The notes: generated by a model not told the origin, from the sequence alone. Counted from the stretch's first letter, positions 8,006-18,996 are shown. The stretch is DNA of 60,580 nucleotides from an uncultured Lachnospiraceae bacterium (GCA_944375845.1 CALWAW010000004.1:1-60580), one strand, 5' to 3'. Program-made: numbers and translations.

Positions 8006-9692
8006 ATATCTTTTACTCACAAGGAAGCTGATGAAAACCGGCCTGGAAGGCTTTTCATCCTCCAAAAAGAAATCGAAATGGCAGGGAAAATTCGGGCAGG
8101 GGGCCCTGTGGGCGTTCATACTGGTGTGCCTGCTGCCCCTTCTGGTGATGCTGTACCGGTTCGGCGGCACGGCCTATTCCATGCTGGCCCCCGTGGGCCA
8201 GGAGGGCGTGGCCCTGGAGTTCGCCTTTTATGTGTCGTCCCTGGTGAGCCTGATGCTGGGCTTTCCCATGGTCATTTCCGTGTTTTACATGACTGACGAC
8301 GTGGAAAAGCTTCTGTATCTTCCCGTCCGGCCCTGGCAGATCGTGGGGGCGAAGTTTACCATCTCCCTGATTTATACGTACCTGTCAAGCCTTTACTTTC
8401 TGCTTCCGTTTCTGGCGGGTTATGGGGTAAAGGCCGGGGCGGGCCCCCTTTACTGGGTGTTTTCCCTGGTGGCCATCCTGTTTGTTCCGGTGCTTCCGTT
8501 AATTTACGGCGGCCTCATCTCCATGGTGATTATGAGGCTCTTTAAGCGGGCCAAGAACAAGGATTTCCTCACGGTGGTGGGCGTGATCCTGGCGCTGGTG
8601 CTGGCGCTGGGAATCAGCACCGTAACCTCCAACATGGATATGGACGAGGGCTCCCTGATGACGCTGATCTTAGAGGGGCATAACTCCATGATGGGGATTA
8701 TGAACGGCATTTTCCCCACCCTGCGGTTTATCGCCAGGGCGGTGGCGGAGGACAGCGCTTTATCGGCGCTCATATTTCTTGCTATCACGGCTGCTGCGCT
8801 GGCAGTTTTCTTCCTGATCGCCGAGAAGCTCTACTTTGCGGGGGCCATGGGGATGCAGGAGGCTGCCACAAAGAGAAAGAAGCTCACCGAGGCCCAGAGC
8901 CGGAAGCTGGGGAGAAGGAGAAGCGCCCGCGCGGCGTATTTCTGGAAGGAGATCCGCCTGCTGCTTCGCTCCCCCATTTACTTTATGAACTGCGTGATGC
9001 TGGTGTTTATCTGGCCGCTCTTTGTGGTGATCCCCATCGCCATCCAGATGGGCAGGGGAGAAATATCGGGGCTCGGCGCGGCTTTAAGAGCCCTGGACTA
9101 TCAGTCCGATACGGTGGTGGCGGTCTTCTTGTTCGTCGCCTTATGTATCTCCCTTTGCGGAAGCTTTTTCAACTATGTGGCGGGAACGGCCATTTCCAGA
9201 GAGGGCAAGAACCTTTCCTTTATGAAGGCGATTCCGGTGCCCATGAGGACTCAGCTCCAGGCAAAGCTTCTGTCGGCCCTGTTCTTCTGCGTGCTGGGAA
9301 CCGGCGGCTACTGCGTGATTATTATGGCGGTGTTCGCCGTACTGTTCGGCCTGCCCTGGTGGACCCTTCTTTTCGCCCTGGCGGGAAGCGTGTTCGCCAA
9401 CCTGCTCCAGTGCAGCCTTCAGCTTCTGATTGACCTGATGAAGCCCAAGCTCAACTGGGAAAACGAGCAGCAGGCGGTGAAGCAGAATTACATGGTGGTG
9501 GTGGATATGTTCCTGGGCGCGGGCCTGACGGCCGGGATCGGCTTCCTGGTCTTTAAGGCCTACGGCTGGCTTTCCCTTCCGTTAATCGCCTACGCGGCGC
9601 TGGTGTGCGTCCTTCTGGCGGTCCTCAGCGCGGCGGTCTATCTGTTCGTCATGGCCTGCGGCGTGCGCAGAATGAACGGCCTGGAGGCGTGA
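7998..9692 (+). CDS. ABC-2 type permease (duplicated membrane domain)
   Basis: Many TM helices; LYLPVRPWQIVGAKF and AISREG motifs; overlaps the ATPase gene. Confidence 0.85.
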   Translation: MRKYLLLTRKLMKTGLEGFSSSKKKSKWQGKFGQGALWAFILVCLLPLLVMLYRFGGTAYSMLAPVGQEGVALEFAFYVSSLVSLMLGFPMVISVFYMTDDVEKLLYLPVRPWQIVGAKFTISLIYTYLSSLYFLLPFLAGYGVKAGAGPLYWVFSLVAILFVPVLPLIYGGLISMVIMRLFKRAKNKDFLTVVGVILALVLALGISTVTSNMDMDEGSLMTLILEGHNSMMGIMNGIFPTLRFIARAVAEDSALSALIFLAITAAALAVFFLIAEKLYFAGAMGMQEAATKRKKLTEAQSRKLGRRRSARAAYFWKEIRLLLRSPIYFMNCVMLVFIWPLFVVIPIAIQMGRGEISGLGAALRALDYQSDTVVAVFLFVALCISLCGSFFNYVAGTAISREGKNLSFMKAIPVPMRTQLQAKLLSALFFCVLGTGGYCVIIMAVFAVLFGLPWWTLLFALAGSVFANLLQCSLQLLIDLMKPKLNWENEQQAVKQNYMVVVDMFLGAGLTAGIGFLVFKAYGWLSLPLIAYAALVCVLLAVLSAAVYLFVMACGVRRMNGLEA

Positions 9693-9757
9693 CAGCGGAA
9701 TCCGGGCTTTACAAACCGCGCCGGATATAGTATAATCCTTGCAGATTTCAAATGTAC

Positions 9758-10020
9758 AGGCTGTGAAGAAGAGGAGTACACCGGCAGCACAGACAGAGAG
9801 GGCGGCCCACCGGCTGAAAGGCGCCCATGGACGCACCGGCGGAAGGTAGCTTCGGAGCCTGGCCTCTGAACCCTGCGGCGGCCTTTTGTCCGGCAGAAAA
9901 TAGGAGGCTGCGGCCGGCCCCCGTTACCGGGCAGAAAGAGGACTGCGAACGCAGTTGAACAAAGGTGGTACCGCGACAGATCATCGCCCTTTGCCGTTTT
10001 ACGGCAAAGGGCGTTTTTGT
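9758..10020 (+). ncRNA. T-box riboswitch (Val specifier) with terminator
   Basis: AGAGA/GCTGAA stem-I motifs; specifier GAAG-GTA-GC; T-box AAGGTGGTACCGCG at ~9962-9975; terminator CGCCCTTTGCCG/CGGCAAAGGGCG-TTTTT. Confidence 0.92.
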
Positions 10021-10050
10021 TGAAGCGCGATGAAAAGAGAGGAGAACCGT

Positions 10051-12696
10051 ATGAGCAGGGAACTGGAAAAAACCTATAATCCACAGGCCATAGAGAACCG
10101 TCTCTATGAACGGTGGATGGAAAAGAATTATTTTCACGCCGAGGTGGACAGGAGCAAAAAGCCCTTCACCATTGTGATGCCGCCGCCCAACATCACCGGG
10201 CAGCTTCACATGGGCCACGCCCTGGACAACACCATGCAGGACATTCTGATCCGCTATAAGCGGATGCAGGGCTATTCCGCCCTGTGGCAGCCGGGTACCG
10301 ACCACGCGGCCATCGCCACCGAGGTTAAGGTCATCGACAAGCTGAGAAGCGAGGGCATCAACAAGGAGGATCTCACCCGGGAGGAATTCTTAAAATACGC
10401 CTGGGACTGGAAAAAGGAGTACGGCGGCCGCATCGTGAACCAGCTTAAGAAGCTGGGCTCCTCCGCCGACTGGGAGCGGGAGCGGTTCACCATGGACGAG
10501 GGCTGCTCCAGGGCCGTAAAGGAAGTGTTCGTGCGCCTTTTCGAGAAGGGCTATATCTACAAGGGCTCCAGGATCATCAACTGGTGCCCCGAATGCAAAA
10601 CCTCCATCTCCGACGCCGAGGTGGTCCACGAGGAGCAGACCGGCCATTTCTGGCACATCAATTATCCGGTAAAGGACGAGCCGGGGCGCTTTGTGGAGAT
10701 CGCCACCACCAGGCCCGAGACCATGCTGGGCGATACGGCGGTGGCGGTGCATCCCGACGATGAGCGCTATCAGGATCTCATCGGAAAAACCCTGATTCTG
10801 CCCATTGTGGGCAGAGAGATCCCGGTGGTGGCCGACGAGTACGTGGATAAGGAGTTCGGGACCGGCTGCGTAAAGATTACCCCCGCCCATGACCCCAACG
10901 ACTTCGAGGTGGGAAGGCGCCACGGCCTGGAGGAGATCAATATCTTAAACGACGACGCCACCATCAATGAGAACGGCGGAAAGTTCGCGGGCATGGACCG
11001 CTACGAGGCCAGGAAGGCCATTGTGAAGGAGCTTGAAGAGCTGGGCCTTCTGGTGCGGATTGAGGAGCACGTCCATAACGTGGGCACCCACGACCGCTGC
11101 AAGACCACCATCGAGCCCATGGTGAAGCAGCAGTGGTTCGTCCGCATGGACGAGATGGCGAAGCCCGCCATTGAGGCCTTAAAATCGGGAAGGCTTAAGT
11201 TTGTGCCGGAAAGCTTCGGAAAAACCTATCTTCACTGGCTGGAGAACATCCGCGACTGGTGCATTTCCAGGCAGCTCTGGTGGGGACACCGGATTCCGGC
11301 CTATTACTGCGAGGACTGCGGCGAGATGATCGTTTCCAGAAAGGAGCCGGGCGTCTGCCCCAAGTGCGGAAGCGCCCACATCCATCAGGACGAGGACACC
11401 CTGGACACCTGGTTCAGCTCCGCCCTCTGGCCCTTCTCCACCCTGGGATGGCCCGACAAAACGCCGGAGCTTGATTACTTCTATCCCACGGACGTTCTGG
11501 TGACCGGGTACGACATCATCTTTTTCTGGGTGATCCGCATGGTATTCTCCGCTCTGGAGCAGACCGGAACGGAGCCCTTCCACACGGTGCTGATTCACGG
11601 GCTGGTGCGGGATTCCCAGGGCCGCAAGATGAGCAAATCCCTTGGAAACGGCATCGATCCGTTAGAGGTCATTGAAAAATACGGGGCCGACGCCCTGAGG
11701 ATGACGTTAATCACCGGCAACGCCCCCGGAAATGATATGCGCTTTTACTGGGAGCGGGTGGAGGCCAGCAGGAACTTCGCCAACAAGGTCTGGAACGCCT
11801 CCCGCTTTATCCTGATGAATATCGAGAAGGCCCCCGTGAGGGAGGCGGCCCTTTCTGAGCTCACCGGAACAGACAGATGGATTCTCTCCCGGGTCAACAC
11901 CCTGGCGAAGGATGTGACCGAAAACCTGGATAAATACGAGCTGGGCATCGCCCTTCAGAAGGTCTACGACTTTATCTGGGAGGAATTCTGCGACTGGTAT
12001 ATCGAGATGGTGAAGCCCCGCCTCTACAGCGATACGGACGAGACAAAGGCGGCGGCCATCTGGACCCTTAAGACGGTGTTGATTCAGGCCCTTAAGCTGC
12101 TTCATCCCTATATGCCCTTTATCACAGAGGAGATCTTCTTAAGCCTTCAGGACGCAGAGGAGTCCATTATGATCTCTTCCTGGCCCGCATACCGGGAGGA
12201 ATGGCGGTTCGAGGCCGACGAGCGGGCGGTGGATATGATTAAGGAGGCCGTGCGGGGCATCCGGAACGTCCGCACCACCATGAACGTGCCCCCCAGCAGG
12301 AAGGCCAAGGTGTTCGTGGTGTCCGCCGACAAAGCGGCCAGGGAGGTCTTTGAGAAGGGAAGCCAGGTGTTCGCCTCTCTGGCCTCCGCCTCCGAGGTGG
12401 AGGTGCAGGCAGATAAGGCCGGGATCCCGGAGGACGCCGTATCGTCGGTGACCGGGAACGTGACGGTCTATATGCCCTTCTCGGATCTGGTGGATACGGC
12501 GAAGGAGATCGAGCGCCTGGAAAAGGAGGAGGCCCGTTTAAGTAAGGAGCTGGCCCGCTCCCGGGGAATGCTGGGCAACGAAAAATTCTTAAGCCGCGCC
12601 CCGGAGGCCAAGATCCGCGAGGAAAAGGAAAAGCTGGAAAAATACGAGCAGATGATGAGCCAGGTACAGGAACGGCTGGAAGCCTTGAGGAAGTAA
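10051..12696 (+). CDS. valS: Valyl-tRNA synthetase
   Basis: [24 protein letters not shown] and C-terminal coiled coil. Confidence 0.98.
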   Translation: MSRELEKTYNPQAIENRLYERWMEKNYFHAEVDRSKKPFTIVMPPPNITGQLHMGHALDNTMQDILIRYKRMQGYSALWQPGTDHAAIATEVKVIDKLRSEGINKEDLTREEFLKYAWDWKKEYGGRIVNQLKKLGSSADWERERFTMDEGCSRAVKEVFVRLFEKGYIYKGSRIINWCPECKTSISDAEVVHEEQTGHFWHINYPVKDEPGRFVEIATTRPETMLGDTAVAVHPDDERYQDLIGKTLILPIVGREIPVVADEYVDKEFGTGCVKITPAHDPNDFEVGRRHGLEEINILNDDATINENGGKFAGMDRYEARKAIVKELEELGLLVRIEEHVHNVGTHDRCKTTIEPMVKQQWFVRMDEMAKPAIEALKSGRLKFVPESFGKTYLHWLENIRDWCISRQLWWGHRIPAYYCEDCGEMIVSRKEPGVCPKCGSAHIHQDEDTLDTWFSSALWPFSTLGWPDKTPELDYFYPTDVLVTGYDIIFFWVIRMVFSALEQTGTEPFHTVLIHGLVRDSQGRKMSKSLGNGIDPLEVIEKYGADALRMTLITGNAPGNDMRFYWERVEASRNFANKVWNASRFILMNIEKAPVREAALSELTGTDRWILSRVNTLAKDVTENLDKYELGIALQKVYDFIWEEFCDWYIEMVKPRLYSDTDETKAAAIWTLKTVLIQALKLLHPYMPFITEEIFLSLQDAEESIMISSWPAYREEWRFEADERAVDMIKEAVRGIRNVRTTMNVPPSRKAKVFVVSADKAAREVFEKGSQVFASLASASEVEVQADKAGIPEDAVSSVTGNVTVYMPFSDLVDTAKEIERLEKEEARLSKELARSRGMLGNEKFLSRAPEAKIREEKEKLEKYEQMMSQVQERLEALRK

Positions 12697-13991
12697 TGAA
12701 AATGGATATAAAAGAAGCGGAGGAGTATCTGAACGGGATTCCCAGATTCTCCAAAAAGACCACCATGGAAAACGAGAGAAAAATCCTGGAGCTTCTGGGA
12801 AATCCCCAGCAGGGCCAGAGATTCGTCCATGTGGCGGGCACCAACGGGAAGGGCTCCGTGTGCGCCTTCTTAAGCAGGATCCTTCTGGAGACGGGCCACC
12901 ATGTGGGAACCTTCACCTCCCCCCATCTGGTGAAGATCACGGAGCGGTTCCTGATCGACGGAAAGCAGGTGTCCGATCAGGTGTTTTTAGACGCCTTCCA
13001 CCGGGTGCTCGCCCTTTGCAGGACCCATGAGGAGATCGTTCATCCCTCTTATTTTGAGTTCCTGTTTCTGATCGGAATGCTTATCTTTAAAGAGGCGGGC
13101 GTGGACGTGACCGTGCTGGAGGTGGGCCTGGGCGGCCGCCTGGACGCCACCAACGTGATCGAGGAGCCGAAGGTGTGCGTGATCGCCTCCATCAGCCTGG
13201 ATCACACCGAGATCCTGGGGGATACCATCCCTCAGATCGCCGGGGAGAAGGCCGGGATCATCAAGCCCGGCTGCCCCGTGGTCTATGACGGCACAGATCC
13301 CGAGGCGGCGGCGGTGATCGAGAGGACGGCGAAGGAGCGGGGCGCGAGGAGCGTTCCCGTAAGGCCGGAGGACTTTGAGATCACCGGGCGGGACCAGGCC
13401 GGAATCAGCTTCCGCCTTAAGGAGGGCGCCCTCGCGGGAAGAAAGCTCCGCCTGCCCTTCGTGGCGGATTACCAGGCCATGAACGCGTCCCTGGCCCTTA
13501 AGGCGGCCGGGATTTTAAGGGAGCGGCTCCATGAGGAGACGGACTGGGAGTCCCATTTTTCCTCCGCCCTGCTTCACACCTCCTGGCCGGGCAGGATGGA
13601 GCCGGTGCTTCCCGGCGTCTACATGGACGGGGCCCACAACGACGACGGCATCCGGGCCTTTCTGGAGACGGCCCGCCGGATCCCCTGCGAAGGGAAGAAA
13701 TACCTGCTGTTTTCCGCCGTGTCCGATAAGGATTACAGGACCATGGTCCGGGAGATCTGCCGGGAGGGAGACTTCGCGGGCTTTGTCCTGACGCAGATCG
13801 ACAGCTACAGGGCCCTCCCACTGGAAAAGCTCAGGGAGGCCTTTGACGGGGAGACGGATAAGCCCGTTTACACCTTTGACGAAGTCCGCGAGGCCCTCTC
13901 CTTTGTGAGGGAGAAGAAGGGGGCGGAGGATCTGGTGTTTATCGCCGGTTCCCTGTATCTTGCCGGAAGCGTGAAGGCCCTTTTAGGATAG
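12696..13991 (+). CDS. folC: Folylpolyglutamate synthase/dihydrofolate synthase
   Basis: HVAGTNGKGS, EVGLGGRLDATN, DGAHN; follows valS. Confidence 0.96.
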   Translation: MKMDIKEAEEYLNGIPRFSKKTTMENERKILELLGNPQQGQRFVHVAGTNGKGSVCAFLSRILLETGHHVGTFTSPHLVKITERFLIDGKQVSDQVFLDAFHRVLALCRTHEEIVHPSYFEFLFLIGMLIFKEAGVDVTVLEVGLGGRLDATNVIEEPKVCVIASISLDHTEILGDTIPQIAGEKAGIIKPGCPVVYDGTDPEAAAVIERTAKERGARSVPVRPEDFEITGRDQAGISFRLKEGALAGRKLRLPFVADYQAMNASLALKAAGILRERLHEETDWESHFSSALLHTSWPGRMEPVLPGVYMDGAHNDDGIRAFLETARRIPCEGKKYLLFSAVSDKDYRTMVREICREGDFAGFVLTQIDSYRALPLEKLREAFDGETDKPVYTFDEVREALSFVREKKGAEDLVFIAGSLYLAGSVKALLG

Positions 13992-14139
13992 GAAAGGGAA
14001 AAGACGGGCAGTTTTTGTCGTCCTGTTTTCGTTGTAAAACAGCCGGTTTTATAGTAGTATAAAAGAAATCTTAAGATGCAGGACAGCCTGATCTGTGATA
14101 TACTGGCAGACAGGATACAGAAAGAAGGGATGAGGTTCC

Positions 14140-14292
14140 ATGCTGAATTTTGAGGAGGAGCTGGCCAAATTCAAGCCCAGCCGGGACATTGACCAGGTAG
14201 AGGACACCATTGTAAACAGGGACATCACCGATATCACAGATATCATGGTAGAGTTTTTGAAAGAGCAGTATGAGCAGGACGACAGAGAGTAG
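14140..14292 (+). CDS. Small acidic hypothetical protein (50 aa; not in ORF track)
   Basis: GAGG RBS; MLNFEEELAKFKPSRDIDQVEDTIVNRDITDITDIMVEFLKEQYEQDDRE; stop 4 bp before the next ATG. Confidence 0.75.
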   Translation: MLNFEEELAKFKPSRDIDQVEDTIVNRDITDITDIMVEFLKEQYEQDDRE

Positions 14293-14296
14293 GAAA

Positions 14297-15634
14297 ATGA
14301 TGAAACCCTTGTACAGAAAGGTCGTAAAGACTTCAAACGTCTATTATAATATCGGTCTGGAAAAGGCCAGGGTGCGTGATCTTTCCGGCGCCGCCGTCTA
14401 TCTCAGGAAAAGCCTTGAGCTTTATAAGAAAAATACGGACGCCAGAAACCTTCTGGGCCTGATTTATTACGAGATGGGCGAGACTGTGGACGCCCTCGCG
14501 GAGTGGGTCATCAGCAAGAACCTTCAGCCTGAGGACAACCTGGCCTCCGAGTATCTGAAAAAGCTCCAGTCCAGGCAGTCCAGACTGAACCAGATGAACC
14601 AGACCCTGAAGAAATTCAACCAGGCGCTCTATTATGCCCGCCATGACAGCGAGGATCTGGCCCTTTTGCAGGCGAAAAAGGTTATCAGCATGAATCCCCG
14701 GTTTGTGAAGGCCTATCAGCTTCTGGGACTTCTGTACCTGAAAAAGGAGGAGTACGCCAAGGCTGAAAAGACCCTGAAGGCGGTGCTGGCCATCGACGTG
14801 AACAACACGGTGGCCCTGGCTTATCTGGACGAGCTTAAGGAGGTCGTAAAGAACAGAAAGACCACGGCCAGGGAAAAGAGCAGGCGGCAGGCGAAAAAGC
14901 TTCAGGAGCAGAACCTGTTCGAGGAGACCATGCGCGACGAGTCCATCGTCCCCACCTATAAAGAGGGGACCGGAAGCTGGGCCACGGTGTTCCTTCTGGC
15001 CATCGGCCTTGTGGTGGGCGTGCTGTTCACGTATTTTCTGCTGCTTCCGGTGAAGGAGCGGGAGTTAAACGCCGGCTTCAACGACCAGATCCTCTCGTAC
15101 AATGAGAAGATCGCGGAGCGGGACACCAACATCACCAGTCTGGAAAATCAGATCGAGGACCTCAACAACGAAAAGGCCGACCTTCAGAACCAGCTGGCGG
15201 CCTACACCGGCGAGGGCGGCATCATCAACGAATACAACAAGCTTCTCAACGTGCTCACCCTTCGGGGGAACGGAGATTACATAGGGGCCATGGACGCCTT
15301 CGCTTCCATCGACTCCTCCATTGTCACCGACCAGACCTTCCAGAGCGTGTACGGCGCCCTGAACGCGGAGTTCAACGACAGCGGCGTCCAGAACCTGTAC
15401 ACCAGGGGAATGGAGGCCTACAACGCCAGGGACTGGGAGACCGCGAGGGTCTACTTTACCAGGATCCTGGAGCTCCAGCCCGATTATCCCGAGGTCATCT
15501 TCTACATGGGAATCTGTTACCAGAACCTGGGCGACTGGGCGACGGCGGTGAGCTTCTACAATCAGCTGATCGACAACCCCGCCTACGCTTCCACGGCCTG
15601 GGGAGCGGCGGCTTTGAATCAGAGAGGCTATTAA
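14297..15634 (+). CDS. Membrane-anchored tetratricopeptide-repeat/coiled-coil protein
   Basis: TPR-like units (ARNLLGLIYY, AYQLLGLLY, IFYMGICYQNLG), one central TM helix, heptad region. Confidence 0.85.
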   Translation: MMKPLYRKVVKTSNVYYNIGLEKARVRDLSGAAVYLRKSLELYKKNTDARNLLGLIYYEMGETVDALAEWVISKNLQPEDNLASEYLKKLQSRQSRLNQMNQTLKKFNQALYYARHDSEDLALLQAKKVISMNPRFVKAYQLLGLLYLKKEEYAKAEKTLKAVLAIDVNNTVALAYLDELKEVVKNRKTTAREKSRRQAKKLQEQNLFEETMRDESIVPTYKEGTGSWATVFLLAIGLVVGVLFTYFLLLPVKERELNAGFNDQILSYNEKIAERDTNITSLENQIEDLNNEKADLQNQLAAYTGEGGIINEYNKLLNVLTLRGNGDYIGAMDAFASIDSSIVTDQTFQSVYGALNAEFNDSGVQNLYTRGMEAYNARDWETARVYFTRILELQPDYPEVIFYMGICYQNLGDWATAVSFYNQLIDNPAYASTAWGAAALNQRGY

Positions 15635-15720
15635 GACAGAACAGCTTAAGAGAGGATACATGCGAAAGAAAAGCGGCGTGTATCCTCTTTTTTATTTTCC
15701 GAAAATGGAGGTATAAAACA

Positions 15721-16059
15721 ATGGAAAACGGGACAGACTACAGAGTCAGAGGCAGAGTCCTTTTTGTGAGGATGCCGGAGGAGGTGGACCACCACAGCAG
15801 CCTTGAGATGAAGCGGCAGATCCTGCGGCTGCGGGAGCAGAATCCGATCTCAGAGCTGGTCTTTGACTTTTCCGATACAGGCTTTATGGACAGCGCCGGA
15901 ATCGGGATGCTTCTGGGGCGCTACCGGGAGATGGCCGCTGCGGGAGGCCGCGTCTATGTAAGAAGGGTAAGCCCCAGGGTTTCAAGGATCCTTGAAATGT
16001 CGGGGATCTACAGGATCATCGGGGACTGGGACAAACGGAATCAGGAAGGGGACAGATAG
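15721..16059 (+). CDS. spoIIAA: Anti-sigma F factor antagonist
   Basis: STAS domain EVDHH...FMDSAGIG; first gene of the spoIIA operon. Confidence 0.92.
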   Translation: MENGTDYRVRGRVLFVRMPEEVDHHSSLEMKRQILRLREQNPISELVFDFSDTGFMDSAGIGMLLGRYREMAAAGGRVYVRRVSPRVSRILEMSGIYRIIGDWDKRNQEGDR

Positions 16060-16060
16060 C

Positions 16061-16498
16061 ATGAAGGAAAAAGAAACGGTGAGAGTGGATTTTGAGAGCC
16101 GCTCCCACAACGAGCAGTTTGCCAGGGTGGTGGCCGCGGTGTTCGCCGCCAGGCTGGATCCCACGGTGGAGGAGGTGGAGGACATCAAGACCGCCGTATC
16201 CGAGGCGGTGACCAACGCCGTCATCCATGGCTATGAAAACGGGGAGGGGATCGTACATATGGCCCTCACCATCGAGGGCAGGGCCTTTACGGTGGAGATC
16301 CGGGACGACGGGGTGGGGATCCCCGACGTGAAAAAGGCCATGGAGCCCCTTTACACCTCCAAGCCGGGAAGGGAGCGCTCCGGGATGGGCTTTTCCTTTA
16401 TGGAGGCCTTTATGGATCAGGTGAGCGTGGAATCGGAGCCGGGAAAGGGAACCACGGTGCGGATGACAAGACAGATCGGAAGCGAAGGCCTTCTGTAG
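16061..16498 (+). CDS. spoIIAB: Anti-sigma F factor
   Basis: SEAVTNAVIHGY, ERSGMGF. Confidence 0.96.
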   Translation: MKEKETVRVDFESRSHNEQFARVVAAVFAARLDPTVEEVEDIKTAVSEAVTNAVIHGYENGEGIVHMALTIEGRAFTVEIRDDGVGIPDVKKAMEPLYTSKPGRERSGMGFSFMEAFMDQVSVESEPGKGTTVRMTRQIGSEGLL

Positions 16499-16512
16499 GG
16501 AGGGCGGCGTGT

Positions 16513-17226
16513 ATGGATGAGATGATGGAGCTGATCCGGTCCGCGCACGCAGGGGATAAAGAGGCAAGGAACAGACTGGTGGCGGAGAACATGGGGCTTG
16601 TCTGGAGCGTGGTGCGCCGCTTTCTGGGGCGGGGCCACGAGCCGGAGGATCTGTTTCAGATCGGGAGCATCGGCCTCATCAAGGCCATCGACAAATTCGA
16701 TACAAGCTTTGAGGTACGGTTTTCCACCTACGCGGTGCCCATGATTACGGGGGAGATCAAGCGCTTCCTCAGGGACGACGGGATGATTAAGGTCAGCCGT
16801 TCCCTAAAAGAACTGGCGGCCAGGGCGAAGGCCGAGAGGGAAAAGCTCGGTGGCCTTCTGGGAAGGGACCCCACCCTGGAGGAGCTTGCGAAGGCCCTGG
16901 GGGAGGAGCCGTCGGAGCTGGCGGCCGCCATGGAATCAGGGGCCGAGGTGGAATCCCTTTATAAGACCATCTACCGGGGCGACGGGAACGATATCTGTCT
17001 CATCGACCGTCTGGAGGATACGAAAAAGGAGGACGAGGCGGTCCTTAACAAGATGGTGGTGTCAAGGCTCATAAGAGAGCTTCCGCCCCAGGACGCCAGG
17101 CTCATCGTTATGCGCTATTACATGGACAAGACCCAGAGCCAGGTGGCGAAGGAGCTGGGAATCTCCCAGGTGCAGGTGTCCCGCCTGGAAAAAAAGATTC
17201 TGAAGGCCATGAGAAGAAGGCTGTGA
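16513..17226 (+). CDS. sigF: Sporulation sigma factor F
   Basis: DLFQIGSIGLIKAIDKFD, FSTYAVPMITGEIKRFLRDDG, GISQVQVSRLEK. Confidence 0.96.
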   Translation: MDEMMELIRSAHAGDKEARNRLVAENMGLVWSVVRRFLGRGHEPEDLFQIGSIGLIKAIDKFDTSFEVRFSTYAVPMITGEIKRFLRDDGMIKVSRSLKELAARAKAEREKLGGLLGRDPTLEELAKALGEEPSELAAAMESGAEVESLYKTIYRGDGNDICLIDRLEDTKKEDEAVLNKMVVSRLIRELPPQDARLIVMRYYMDKTQSQVAKELGISQVQVSRLEKKILKAMRRRL

Positions 17227-17230
17227 CCAT

Positions 17231-17260
17231 GTATAACTGAGGCCGTTTTTTTCCATACTA
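17231..17260 (+). promoter_or_regulatory. Forespore sigma-G-type promoter of the spoVA operon
   Basis: GTATAA-17 bp-CATACTA. Confidence 0.7.
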
Positions 17261-17282
17261 GGGAAGGAAAGGAGCTGGTGAT

Positions 17283-17450
17283 ATGGGATCGTCAGGGGCG
17301 AGGCGCTGGGTGGTTCTGGCGCTTCTGGCGGCGGCGGTGGTGATCGCCGCAGGCTATATGATTTCCATGAGGGAGCAGGAGGGGCGCGTCAGGGGCACGC
17401 TGGTGCAGAATATGGAGAGCTATGAGCGAAACGATCTATCTGAAGCTTAA
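17283..17450 (+). CDS. Small single-TM protein (55 aa; not in ORF track)
   Basis: AAGGAG RBS; MGSSGARRWVVLALLAAAVVIAAGYMISMRE...RGTLV; overlaps the spoVAA start. Confidence 0.65.
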   Translation: MGSSGARRWVVLALLAAAVVIAAGYMISMREQEGRVRGTLVQNMESYERNDLSEA

Positions 17451-18039
17451 GGAGAGCGCCCGCGTCCGCGAGCGGCGGGTGCTTTTAGGCGACCTGGCGG
17501 AGCTTGGGTGCAGGGATCAGGAAACGGCGCGCCGGTGCCGCCTTCTGGAGGTCATGGACATCCCGGAGGGCAGCAGGGAAAGCTATGTGATCTCCGTGGT
17601 CTCCCTGATCGGAAAAATTGAGAAAAAATGGGGGCAGGTCCAGGTGGAAAGCATCGGGGAGACCGACTGCGTCGTCTCGTTTTGCCCCTTAAAAAAGCCG
17701 CGTCCCCTCTGGGAGGGGGCGAAGGCCGCCTTTGTGTGCCTGGTGTCCTTTTTCGGCTCGGCCTTCGCCATTATGACCTTCAACAACGACGGCGACGTTC
17801 CCCGCCTGTTTCAGGAAATCTACCGGCAGGTGCTGGGATACGCGCCGGAGGGGCCGGGGATTCTGGAGCTTTCCTATTCCATCGGCCTGCCCCTGGGGAT
17901 CCTGGTGTTTTTCAACCATTTTTCCAGGGCGGCCCTCTCAAAGGATCCCACCCCCGTGGAGGTGCAGATGCGCGCCTATGAGACGGACGTGAACACCACC
18001 CTGGTCAAGGAGGCGGACAGGGAGGGAAGAGAGCAGTGA
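17422..18039 (+). CDS. spoVAA: Stage V sporulation protein AA
   Basis: FFGSAFAIMTFNND, YSIGLPLGILVFFNH, DPTPVEVQMRAYE. Confidence 0.92.
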   Translation: MSETIYLKLKESARVRERRVLLGDLAELGCRDQETARRCRLLEVMDIPEGSRESYVISVVSLIGKIEKKWGQVQVESIGETDCVVSFCPLKKPRPLWEGAKAAFVCLVSFFGSAFAIMTFNNDGDVPRLFQEIYRQVLGYAPEGPGILELSYSIGLPLGILVFFNHFSRAALSKDPTPVEVQMRAYETDVNTTLVKEADREGREQ

Positions 18040-18446
18040 TAGCAAGACAGGGCTTTCTCGCCTTTGTGGGGTTCTGCGCCGGGGGCGTGATCGCGGCGGG
18101 GATCTTTGCCTTTATCGCCACCATCGGCGTGGTGGTGCGGCTGGTGGGGAAAACCCGCATCGCCTCCCATATCCGGACGGTGGAGGATTCCATTGTCTTA
18201 GGCGGCGCCTTCGGGAACCTGGCCTGCCTTTACGGCCCAAATCTTCCCGGAGGCGTGATCGCGGCGGGGCTTTTCGGAGGCTTTGCCGGGATTTTCACAG
18301 GCTGCCTGATTATGTCCCTGGCGGAGACTCTGAACGCCCTTCCGGTCTTAAGCAGAAGGCTTCGGCTGAAAACGGGGCTCCCCTACGTGATTCTGGGGAT
18401 CGCCGCCGGAAAATGCGCCGGAGCGGTATTTTATTTTTTCAGATAA
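18036..18446 (+). CDS. spoVAB: Stage V sporulation protein AB
   Basis: GIFTGCLIMSLAETLNALP; position in operon. Confidence 0.9.
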   Translation: MIARQGFLAFVGFCAGGVIAAGIFAFIATIGVVVRLVGKTRIASHIRTVEDSIVLGGAFGNLACLYGPNLPGGVIAAGLFGGFAGIFTGCLIMSLAETLNALPVLSRRLRLKTGLPYVILGIAAGKCAGAVFYFFR

Positions 18447-18456
18447 AGGTGAGAGC

Positions 18457-18927
18457 ATGAACGTAAAAAAGAAAATGACCCCGGAGGAATACGCGGCTTA
18501 TGTAAAAAACGTGACGCCGGTGCACAGCGTCCCCCTGAACATGGTTAAGGCGTTTTTCACAGGGGGCTTCATCTGCGCGGCGGCCCAGGCTTTTCTCTAT
18601 ATCCTCACGGAAAACGGGGTGGAGAGGGAGGCTGCGGCCTCCTGGACGACGCTGTTTCTGATCGTGACGGCAGTGCTGCTTACGGGCCTTAACCTGTTTT
18701 CTAAAATCGTAAGCTTCGGCGGCGCCGGGGCGCTGGTGCCCATCACCGGCTTTGCCAATTCGGTGGCGGCCCCCGCCATTGAGTATAAAAAAGAGGGCCA
18801 GGTGTTCGGAATCGGCTGCAAGATCTTCACCATCGCAGGGCCGGTGATCCTTTACGGGACCTTCACCAGTTGGGTGCTGGGGATTCTCTACTGCCTCTTT
18901 CAGTGGACAAATATTTATTGGGCATAA
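18457..18927 (+). CDS. spoVAC: Stage V sporulation protein AC
   Basis: GAGALVPITGFANSV, FTIAGPVI. Confidence 0.95.
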   Translation: MNVKKKMTPEEYAAYVKNVTPVHSVPLNMVKAFFTGGFICAAAQAFLYILTENGVEREAAASWTTLFLIVTAVLLTGLNLFSKIVSFGGAGALVPITGFANSVAAPAIEYKKEGQVFGIGCKIFTIAGPVILYGTFTSWVLGILYCLFQWTNIYWA

Positions 18928-18996
18928 ATATTTGAATTTCAATATATTTTGTGCTATGATAAAATAATCATAGAACAGTGAAGGATGCGGTAAAAC

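Noticed and set aside
9582-10305. ORFs upstream of or antisense to valS
   Set aside because: Region is explained by the T-box leader and valS itself
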